In this document: piece by piece, positions 27,044 to 39,000 of the stretch
Layout of the letters: every line of letters starts with the position of its first letter
Numbering within the stretch: the stretch's first letter is position 1
Assembly (NCBI GenBank): GCA_030141605.1
Contig: JAQGDQ010002367.1
Coordinates: 310,001 to 374,000, forward strand
Origin: Tubiluchus corallicola
Taxonomy: Eukaryota > Animalia > Priapulida
Direction of reading: 5' to 3'
Length of the DNA: 64,000 bases
Program-made: the position numbers and the translations under genes
The notes under the pieces: model-generated
Seen by the model: only the letters and a program-made list of their open reading frames with translations
What the model was told of the DNA's origin: nothing
Databases searched by the model: none

Positions 27044-30000
27044 CCGTCCCTCTGTCTGTCCATCCATCTACCTATTTATCTGTCTATCTGTTTATTTGTC
27101 TGCTTGAGTGCTACCTATCCAGCTGACCAATCCCAACTGTCGAATTCAGATTTACACATGGGAAATGTGAAATGTAAAATGAAATGGCATTACCTAGAAA
27201 AATTATATCAGAACAATTGAGTATTTGTTTATTTTTAAATTAACTAAAATTTATTTAGCATTTTATAAAATGCCTAGGAAATGTATATTAAATATGTAAG
27301 AATTACACATATTGAATTATCCATATTTGGCAAATAAGCATAATTACATCACAATAGAATTTACTGCCGACCGGTTTTATGCAAGGCAATACTACCAGCG
27401 TGTTAGTTTGTTCGTGGAGTGTTACATAGTTTCCAATCAAGATATGTAGTCTGTAAGGTGAATTGTTAAATTATCTATATAATGTTATATTGTAATCCTT
27501 TTGCTATCAAACCACGGAATTGTATTTCGATGTTGTTTCTAAATTCTGGTAAATTTCTTTGTTTTAAATGCCTTGATAATGAACAGTTTTGTTCGAAATC
27601 GGTAGGCAGTTAATTCTGTTACACACTTTATCTAGATAAACTTTTGCATTATATAGATGTAATGCATAGGAAAAGTGTAGAAAGACTATTTTAGACACTT
27701 TACTTGGTCTCCATAAAGTGTCTAAGCATTCTATAGAATACCCGGTTTCGCACTTTGCCCGCACCATGTATAACGAAAGTATGGTTCCCCTGGTTATACT
27801 GTTAAATTGCTTAAAGTTTGTATGTTATTTTCAGCCTTTTCCGTAGTTATTGCTGCAGGCTACTTGTAGTAGCCAAAATATTCATTACAAGCTTGTAAAA
27901 TGTCATAAAAATTATAATGTTAAAATTCATTTTTAGAGACTCACATCTCATCTGCACATAACGAAAACTCCACCTTATGTAATCAACTTGGATCCTGCTG
28001 TGTATGAGCTGAACTTCCCAGCCAATATTGACATCAGAGATACTGTCAACTACAAAGAAGTTATGAAACAGTATCCTTTAAAGAATTTATTGAAACTAAT
28101 CTCTATTGGATAATATTTGACAGTTGTACAGTGTAAAGTCTTAAGTTGCACAGAAACAAACAAACAAACAGACAGACAAATGTGTGCACCGTTCCAAATT
28201 TCTAGTGTTTGCAAATGAAATTACTAGTCTACGGATAATAACTTTTAAACTACCGTGATTACAGTTCTCTTTTTCTGTAGTTCAGGTTTTGTACATTTGG
28301 AGTTAAGAACCATTTGATCATGTCATGCCTGGCTTGTATCATCTGCACTGGTTGCCTGCTAAATACAGGATTATTTTTAAAATCTTAATACTTGTGTGAT
28401 ACTTAAAATACTTAATACTTAATTACATAGTGACGCTCCTCAGTACATCTGTGAACTTCTCTCTTTACATTATTCATCTTACAGTCTAAGATCAGACAAA
28501 TGACGTTTACCTGTGTATAAGCTTAGCATGGTTCAAAACCATTCTTTTAGGTCTAGTGGCCACAGTCTCTGGAATGCTCTTTCTTGTGAAATCAAGTCTT
28601 GCAAAAATTTTGAAAATTTTAGACACCATTTAATGATGCATTTATTCATGCAAGTATACAACTTGGGGACTGTAAGCAAACTGAATTTTATTTTTATTAT
28701 TGTGGCTGAAATATGTCGTTTTACTGTGATTCTCATGTTTCAGAAAGCACTCTGGCGTAGAGTGAACTGTTTTTTTCCTAATGACTTGGCATAAATTATT
28801 TTATAAAAAATTTTTATGTGTTTTTTCTATACAGCATTAAAGTACATATTTATATGGATTTTTTGAATCTGTATGATATGCATTGAAAAGTTTTCATACT
28901 GTTTATTCTTTAACCAGTATGATCTTAGGTATTCGTTGGGACCTAATGGTGCTATTGTGACATCTCTAAATCTTTTTACGACCAAGTTTGACCAAGTTAT
29001 GAGCTACTTGAGCAAGAGAGCCAAAGAATACAAGTACGCACATTGACAATCACGTTCACATTTTCATTTCTTGAGAATATTTAATTTTTGTAGGTGCAAC
29101 TGTCCGGGTCTTAATTTGCTTGACTTGTTAATGCTAAACTGACTTAGAAAATGCAAGTTGTGCAAATTTGATTAGATAAATTAACAGCTTGTCAGAATGT
29201 GGTTGTGTAGATTTAAATATTCAATGATATGTAGTTTCTAGTTTTTAATCTTTCGTAATTATATTTTATGCTTAATGGGTGTTAAGTCTAAAGTAAGTGA
29301 AGGTGTCTGTATATCTATATCTATGCCTAATAGTATATTTAATATATTTTTAAATTGTTTTTGGAGAATTCAAGCATGCTGATGTATGACAATACTTTAA
29401 GATGTTTTTTACAGGTATGTTTTACTGGACACTCCTGGACAAATCGAAGTCTTTACTTGGTCAGCTTCTGGACAAATTATAACTGAAACTTTGGCATGTT
29501 ATTAATTTCATACAAATTTAATAGTAGAAACAATCATGAAAACAAATTCATTTTCACCCCAATCTACTGCACATTTGAGAGTGAGTGTGCACTACATGGA
29601 AGACATTAGTCTGTTAAAATATGCACTTTCTTTACTTGGTTCTATATTTAAACTTATCTTTTTTATTGTTAAATATATTTTCTGCCTGTTTACAAAGGAA
29701 TTTAAGCTCAGGGCGTATAAATGTGTGCAAGTTTATGAATGTGATGTAGTTTCTAAGAATTATTTACGCAAAGTTTAATATGCAGTATGTGGTAATGAAA
29801 TAATCGCTGAAATAGTCATTAATTTTGTAATTATTTTTGCAGTAAAACGTTTTAGTATGCGCACAGTAGCTTTGAAAGGTCTCGGCAAAAATTTTAGATA
29901 ATAGTTAAAAGATAGCTGCGCTCTATATGCTTGCTAAATCGTGTTTTCGTTGCTGCTTTGTATAATTAAATTCATTTATAGCAAATCCCACTTACTTACT

Positions 30001-33000
30001 TGCTGGACTACAATGAAACAACTCTGATCCACTCATTTCTATTACTTAATAGAAAAGTTGTACCAGTGGATGCAGCTGCACTAAGCAATTTCACATTGCA
30101 GCAGGTGGAAAGTTGTCATTCACTTTTTGCATTTATCTTACTATTTTTGCAATGTATAAACATGATTGAAGTCATTGAAAAGGAATGTTTGTCATACAGA
30201 GGGGTAAGAGCATCTGCCTCACTAGTACGAAGTCCCATGTTCAAATCCTAGCCAATGAACAATGTTTTCTCCATTTAATTCTATGCCAGTCATAGGTATT
30301 ATCATCATCTTCTCTAAGAGGATAATCCACGGAAGTTATTATTAACTTGATAATGCCTATTTTGTTAATTAACAGTTTACATGTATCACTATATACTAAT
30401 TTTATTGTTTGTTTAAGTGATGATTGGTATCATGTATTACAGGGTTCAACATTGCCTACAGTAATAGTGTATGTAATGGATACAGCTAGAAGTGTTAATC
30501 CTGTCACCTTTATGTCAAACATGCTGTATGCATGCAGTATAATGTACAAGTACAAGCTTCCATTCATTGTGGCAATGAACAAGGTATCTAATTTTTTAAC
30601 ATCACTCCTGGCTTTTCTGATAATAAGTTTTTAAAAGTGTGAATATGTATATTAAAAAACATGCAAGTATTTGGCCTTGCCTAAATGACGTTGTTTTGTT
30701 ACTCTTGTTAGGCTGAATGCATGCTTGTAGCCAGAATTATTTCCTAAACATTGTTTTTTTATAAAATACGCATTACTAAAACTTATGACAAATCATACTT
30801 CTCTGTAATTTGTTATTTACTTAGAGCAGTGTTTCTATATGTCCAACACATATTTCACATTGCATAGGGCTTCATCTGCAACTACAATACAAATAAAAAC
30901 ATTACATTAATTGCTAAACTAGATTTGAAAGAAAATTGCACTAATTATCAGTGAGAAACAGTTCAACCGCTTATTAAAATATAACTTATAATTTGATAGG
31001 TTGTTGAACTGTTTCCTATCGATAATTAGTGCACTTTCCTTTAAATTCCATTTTGTAGATTTTTTTTGTATTATGCACAGCGAAATCCATGTTGGACAGC
31101 ATTAAACATCAGTTTATTCAGTTTATTTCAGAGGTTAAATATGCGACAATCTGGCTATAGTTATATTGGAACAATCCTGAACAAATTTCTATCATGTCAC
31201 CCATTTCGTTGTTTCCATTGATATTACATTGTCTGTGCATACATAAGCTAAAATCAAAATGACGAAACTTGTGCGGCTGTCAGAATACCTAATGTTGGGT
31301 GTTTATCTCCAAATAAAGAGACCTATAAGTGTGTTTTTATTTATATGCGTTATATCAGATTTATTTGTTTGTGTCTTGTTAGATTACAAGACAATTTATG
31401 CATTTTGTAATGACAAACAGTATTTGTAAACTGCAAAGCAGTTTCACCAGCTACTGATTTGTAATATTATGCTTTCATCTTGAAAACTTGGAACTAGCTT
31501 ACAGTGTTACTATAATATTGATTTTCCATGACACATAATTATTGTATTGAATTTGCTGTTGTTGTTTCAGGTTGACATTGTTGACAATCAGTTTGCTGTT
31601 GAGTGGATGACTGATTTTCAAACTTTTCATGAAGCCTTAGAACAAGAAACTTCTTATGTGTCAAATCTCACAAGATCAATGAGTCTTGTTCTTGATGATT
31701 TCTACAACTGTTTAAAAGTAAGGAATTGTGTTTGTTTATCCTGCAAAAATGCAGTTAGTTAATTCTGATGTTTGGTTGTTGTCATTTGTTTTATATTCTT
31801 ATTTTTCGTGAATTCATGTAACTGATCTATAGCTGGAAAACACAATCTAGCAGAGATTACAACAAAAAATTGTGGCTTCATTTTAATTCACGATGTTTCT
31901 GTTTGGTATGCTTAGGCCTTTAATTTAAATGCGTACTATTATGTGAAATTTTTATTTGTTTAATTTTACTTATTTGAAATTATCTATTTAATGTGCTAAC
32001 CATGCATGACCATAAATGGAAACATTGTATTATATACAATTTTGATGTACATCTATGTAAAAAATAAATTTCTATTCTATTCTCTTCGACTTACAAGCCA
32101 TCACCAGTCATGTAGACAGAACAGAAAACTGAAACAAAATTAATAGCTAATAAGAATGACTCAACACTAATATTTCGTACAGCCAATAGGTTTTTATGGC
32201 ACTGTATATATTGAACTTTCTAACATTATTTCATCATCCACATGTAATTGTGAATGAAGCTAACAATGTCCTGTGATCTTTTGTCAGAGAACTAGATATC
32301 ACTTGTCAAGAGTCATTTCCACTTCATACAGCTAACTCATTCTTGTATGGCTTAATAAATCCATGGATAACAAAGCCAGCCACTTAATGTATCCTCTGTT
32401 GCTGGAATGGACTGTGTAATACCTTAACCCAATAAAATCTGCTGTTTTTTTCAAACTATGTTTTATTATAATCCGCCTTGTGTGCTAAGTCAACAAGACT
32501 GTGATGTAAGACTGCACGCTTGTCCTGCTTTTTAACTTGAGCTAGATCAGCATCTTTGTTATAAACATATTTTTTAACAATTTTGCATTTTTTCACTTAA
32601 TGACCCTCAACAACAAGACTGTTAGACAGCGGTGACAAACGCGGCGAAGCAGAAATGACTATATTAGCTGCTGAAATGTGACACATGCTGGAAACACTGC
32701 ACCTTGGACTGCAGAACATTCATAACTATTCAAACACATGACATTTCACTGAACTTAAATAACATTCAAAACGTATTGAAAAAAAAAAATTCGCTAAAAC
32801 AATTCACACTGGACAAATCACACTGCATTCTATGGTCTTTCTTATTCGTTTTTCATACATAATTATGTTAAACTAACATGCTAATTCTTGGTGTAAACAG
32901 TTGTGTGTGAGAACGTTAATCCAGAATAACATGAATCAATACTTTTTTGGGTTAAGAAGAAGGTAATCTAATATGCTTTGACTCTGCAAAATATATTTGT

Positions 33001-36000
33001 ACGGGCATTTCACAATATCTTAACTTGTTTATTCAGCCTTTTAGTAACAAAAATGAGTACAATTATATAATTATGACAGTTTATTATAATTCCTTTTAAT
33101 ACAATCTCAATCAGAACATTTTTATCAAAGTGTTAAATTTGAACTGCTGCTAAATTTGTGGATAAAAAATGACTGTATGGGTAATTGCACTTATACGTAC
33201 CTGATGTCTTTGAAGCTGAGGCACTAATACAATAATCCTTTTTTATTTTTAGACCGTGGGAGTTTCTGCAGTAACAGGAGTTGGAATGGACAAATTCTTT
33301 GAACTAGTAAATGAAGCAGCAGTAGAATATATTACGTAAGTCTAAAACATCTGTCATAAAGTTGTTATAGAAAACCAGTGCTGCTCTAGAAACTAATCCA
33401 TGTCATGGCTTACGAGCTTAGCAGAGTGTTCTGCGCACTTGGCTTTATAGTATTACTCGGATGTTTTTTGGCCAACTTTGATTGTCAAACATGTGAATAT
33501 CTGATAAAGTAAGCAGCGACAAAAACAGTGCTAGTCTAGGCTTGCTGTAAGGGATGGCAGTAAGCTTTGTTGCTTTGACCTTTCCTGTTTCAAATATGTC
33601 CACTAAAGCAAAACTATTCTTACTTTCCCTCAAGCTGCAATTGCACCTACAAGTTGTCACTTGTCATTATTTATGCAGTCTTTTGCATAAGCAGCTAAGG
33701 TAAAAACTGTAGCAATTACATTAATTAACGTCAAAATGGTAAAGTAGATTATAATGGTGCACTAGAATAGAAAATACAGTAAAGCAGGTGTGAGCAGGAT
33801 AGTTTCACTGTGTATTTTTTATTATAGTACAGTAAGTCCTCACTTAACGACGTTATTCGTTCCAGCAAAATACGGCATTAAGTGAAAAGTTGCTAAACAA
33901 AGCCTGACTTCCATAGAAAGTAATGTTAAAAAATTGAGACACGTTCCTGATTCCAGAGTAGAGATGTCACGAATCTGGAATTACCAAATCTGAATCTACG
34001 GCAATCTCATTTTCGTAATAATTTTCGAATCCGGATCGAATCCATATCTGAGTTTAAAATAATTATCGAAACCGAATCAAATTCAAATCTCAGTTTTTTA
34101 GGTTGTTCTTTCAACTGCAGTTTTGAACCAAATTATAGCAGATTGGGAAGAGCAGTGTGTTTTTCACAAAGATTACAGATGACATGTCTGAGCAACATGT
34201 TTGACAGTAATTCTGCAATAATGAAAACTATAGATGATCTAATTACTTTGTGACAGATTTTTTGTGCCAATGACTAACAATATAAAATGATCTGTTAGTC
34301 AAAAAATTCCTTGGGGTGGCTTTACCTATGCTCCGTGAGTTCGTGTAATGTGGATGACAAAAAACTACGGCCATTTAAGCCACATCGTGTGTTGTTGGCG
34401 AAGCCGTGTTCTGTCAAAGTAATACGAGAAATCTTAATATTTTTGTTGAAACTAGCTGTTAAAATAGTAATGTGATGTATGCTTTCGCTCAGGATTTCAT
34501 GAGTTGGACACATGCTGAAACTGAATATGGTGACGTCAATGTATTTCAGGTAGGGCAAAATTATCAAAAATGGTAGCAATTTCAGGATTTTGCCAAAAAT
34601 TTTAAAGGTGAATGAGCGTATAATGCTTTTATAATAAAGTGCTACTGAATCGCCTCTGTAGCCGAAAATGAATTGGATTTTTTTTCAAAAGTCTTTGCTG
34701 AATCAGGTCGGATCTAAGTTAACTTAGAACATCAGCAAATGGCATCAGATCAAAGCTCCGATTTGGATTCGGTTTCTAAGCTCCGGGTTTTCACTGTTGG
34801 AGCATCGTGACATCCCTATTCCAGAGCCTGACTTTCATAGAAAGTAATGCAAAAGAATTGAGGTACATTCCAGATACCAGAGGCAAAAATCAATGCTGCT
34901 TAATTGATATAAATTATATGTTTAGTGAGTTTTATTCATATTTCTACTATTAATATCTTCCTGCTTGCTTGAAACCACCTATCTTTCTTACCAATGCCTA
35001 GCTAGCAGTTTCTCATTCATTAGTGTTGAAGCCCTTCGCAATTAAACACTGTAGATTAAAAGCCAAACCTCGAGGCAGCCTTGGGACAATTTCGTTTAGA
35101 TGCTGTTTGTTATAGCAACAGGTTGCAAACAAAATTCCTTTGCATAAAGTTTGCTTCCAGGTGCCTGTAGGTGTATAAGTCAAAAATAGATCTCGCTTGA
35201 TACAAACGGCTAGCATTTGGCAGTAATTTCTGTACGTGATTATGGAAATAGTTTCGCTTTACAATGACTTACCAGATTGGGATTTTTGAGTGTCACTAGA
35301 ATTTTACTAGAAGTTGGTTTTCCTTTGTTGTCGCTGATTGAGGCAATTCTCTTGTGTTCAAGCTCGATAAACATGTTAAACTACTGCATGCTGTTCCAGT
35401 CCTCGTATGTGATTAAAGCCAACATGTGAGAAAGTCACACTTCCAATTAGGTAAAAAAATTGCTAAAATAAAAAATTGCTTTGTACAACTTTCATTGTTA
35501 AAATGAACATAACGTAAAATTTGAGAAAATTGTATCAAACGTTCATCGTCGTCAAAAACGTGTCTAAATTGGGAGTCTTTAAGTGAGTACTTACTGTACT
35601 TTATTTAATCTGCTCTGCCATGTTTGTAAGTCAGTGTAATTGCTAGTGTCTTTGTCTTTATCTGCTGCAAATCTCTACTTCCGACGAATCATTTATTTTT
35701 GTATGAAAATAACCAAGTAGTAGTTCTATCTGGCATTTTATGCGCAAGTTGTTTGTTTTATTTAATTAAAGTGCTGTGAACTTAAAGGAAAACTGGACCA
35801 GTCATAAACTGTAGCTCAAAACAATCTAATCTGTAAAATATTGAAAGGGAACAGATGGTTTTTTAACAGTGACTTAACGTGAAAGAATTATTACGGCAGA
35901 AACCTCATATTGCATTCGCGCCACTAGTTCTTCTTTGTTACATACATTTTTCGTGATTCGTTTATTAAACGGGCACTGGCATCTGCATGTCAAAAATGCG

Positions 36001-39000
36001 TTGCGTAAAAAACAGGTGCTGTATCTCTGAGTTCAGATATGTTTATTTGTGATGTGGTGTACACTTTCGAGAACTCATGGATGAACACAGCAGTAAACTT
36101 TGAATTTAAAGTTTTAAACTTGAAATTTGCCGAGTTTTTGTGTGCAATACTAAATGTTGTACAGTAGCACTGTTTTTCAGTTTTCGCTTTAACAAACATG
36201 TGCAACATGCTCGTGGACTGTTTGTGTTGCTGAAAATTATTTTCAATTATGACGTCATCACTAACAGTGTTCCTCGGCCATTAATTAAGTTTTTTAATAT
36301 GTTATTTAATTATCCCTCTATTATAGCTTTGACAGTATTGTAGGTGTTAAAATGTGCACTTTTTAAGCCCATGTCACACCAACAAAGGCAAAAGGAGCAA
36401 GTCATAATCTGTAAGCCAGAAGGTGTCTTCCTTCTTCCATAAAGCATGTATCACAATTCACACTATGCTCCTTACTTTGCGTAAATATTAAGGCATATTG
36501 TTGTATATTGTTTAGGCAATGCACATATATAATTGTAGTGTTATTGAAATGCTGTGCTTAAAAATTGCTTTTTCGTGTGTATGAGACCATTCTGATATGA
36601 ATTCTTATGATATAAATGAATTGTGCACTGTAAAAATGACAAATATGCTAATTACTGCATTGGCTATGACCCAAAACTTCTCCAGGCAAATAAAATTAAC
36701 AGCCAAATTCATTTCGGAATAAGGTGTCTTTTGAACCACTCAAAACGGCTTGTGAGGAGCCTACCTTGAATTGTGGCTGACGTCTTAAGGCAGGGAAACT
36801 GCGGTAGACGGAAGATGGCAAGTGGATTATCTGTGAAACAAGGACCACTGGTTAGCATACGTTCATTTTTTGTACAGTGGCGTTTTCTCCTCATAGCTTA
36901 TGTCTTACAGATTATGTCCATCTCTGTGTTACACTATTTTAAAGTAGGGTAGCACATGAAAAATCATCCTGTCTTCCTTTCAACAATTACACATACACTA
37001 TGTTAAAACTTAAGCCAAACTTAAAAATTATTCAATGAAACTAGTAAAAACTGGTTAAGGCTTGCAGTAACAAAATCTTCCCGGAGAATTGAGTTTCCAC
37101 ATGTTTCATTAAAAATTTTATTTCAAAAGTTAATTTTGTAATGTGTATTTACCACAGGCAGACTTTGCTGTAAGGCATTTTAAAGCTCTGCACTAACATT
37201 AAAGGCATTTGAAAGCAAAGCAAATAAACTTAGAAAATTAATTCTCGAATTTGGCACCCTAGTTATACCATTTTACTTTTGTGATATCCAAAATTTGCTT
37301 GCTCACTCCTAACAATTTCTGAGTTGTAAGCATTTTAGTGTTATTTGTTTGTTCACTAAATGATTATTGCTGGACATGCAGACCAAGGTGTAGATGTGTT
37401 TCTGTTTTTTGTTTATAGTGAATATCGTCCTCAGTATGATACACTAGTAAAACAGCTAAAAAAGGCAGAAAAAAAGAGAGAACAGAAGCAACTTCAAAGA
37501 GTGAGAAAAGATATAGTCGGACATGCCATTGCTACAAATGCAGGTATCTATAAATGAGTCTAGTCGTAGTTAATCCATTGATTACTAGTTTGCTAACTGC
37601 TTAGCAATATACATATGTACAAAGATTAGCGTAGGTAAATCGAAACTTCGCTAAGCTGGGTATCATTATGCGAGGACTAACTGCCAGAAATGATTTACCA
37701 AAAAAAGTTCATAGTGCTCTGAAAGTAGTCATTATATGCCAAAATAGTTTGATGAGTGAAAGTTTATCAGTTTTCACTTTTAATTTTTAGTGAGTAGCTC
37801 CAGACATGCAAGTAAAAATATAGTACGTAAAATGAATGATAAATGTTTCATTTCAACAAAATGCATATAATGTAAATCTTATGTAAAATTTCAAGAAAAC
37901 GATCCATCTAAAGTCTGGTGCATTGCTATATCATATAAATGTTTAAGTAGAGTACGATACTCTTAGAATATAAATGTTTTAAGTAAAGTTTGATAATCTT
38001 GGAATATAAATGCTTTAAGTAAAGTTTGATAATCTTGGAATATAAATGCTTTAAGTAAGTGATAATCTTGGAATATAAACGTTTTAAGTAAAGTTTGATA
38101 ATCTGAATATAAATGTTTTAAGTGAAGTGAAACCAAATAAATTTATGAGTTATAATCTGAATATAAATGTTTTAAGTAATGTTTATAACCTAAATATAAA
38201 TGTTTTAAGTAAAGTTTAAAGAATTAAATGTTTTAAGTAAAGTTTGATCACCTTGGAATATAAATGTTTTACGTATAGTTTGATAATCTTAGAATATAAA
38301 TGTTTTACGTAGACTTTGATAATCTTAGAATATAAATGTTTTATGTAGAGTTTGATAATCTTTGAATATAAATGCTTTAAGTAAAGTTTGATAATCTTGG
38401 AATATAAATGCTTTAAGTAAAGTGATAATCTTGGAATATAAACGTTTTAAGTAAAGTTTGATAATCTTGGAATATAAATGTTTTAAGTGAAGTTTGATAA
38501 CCTTGGAATATAAATGTTTTACGTAGAGTTTGATAATCTTGGAATATAAATGTTTTAAGTAATGTTTGATAACCTTGAAATATAAATGTTTTAAGTAAAG
38601 TTTGATAATCTTGGAATATAAATGTTTTAAGTAAAGTTTGATAACCTTGGAATATAAATGTTTTAAGTGAAGTTTGATAACCTTGGAATATAAATGTTTT
38701 AAGTAAAGTTTGATAACCTTGGAATATAAATGTTTTAAGTAAAGTTTGATAATTTTTGAATGTAAATGTTTTAAGTAAAGTTTGATAATCTTGGAATATA
38801 AATGTTTTACGTAGAGTTTGATAATCTTGGAATATAAATGTTTTAAGTAAAGTTTGATAACCTTGGAATATAAATGTTTTAAGTAAAGTTTGATAATTTT
38901 TGAATGTAAATGTTTTAAGTAAAGTTTGATAATCTTGGAATATGTTTTTTTCATAACAGCAAGTACTAGCAGCACCTCGGAGGATATACTTTTGCACATT

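Noticed and set aside
30584-30592. GTATCT donors (30584, 37544, and MVP 462) as further U12 introns
   Set aside because: They lack the CCTT extension and a U12 branch site, and look like ordinary U2 donors.
37930-38945. Possible CRISPR array or repetitive protein (ORFs of 251 and 217 aa)
   Set aside because: The 36-bp units are contiguous with no unique spacers, the context is a eukaryotic intron, and the ORFs are a by-product of a unit length divisible by 3.
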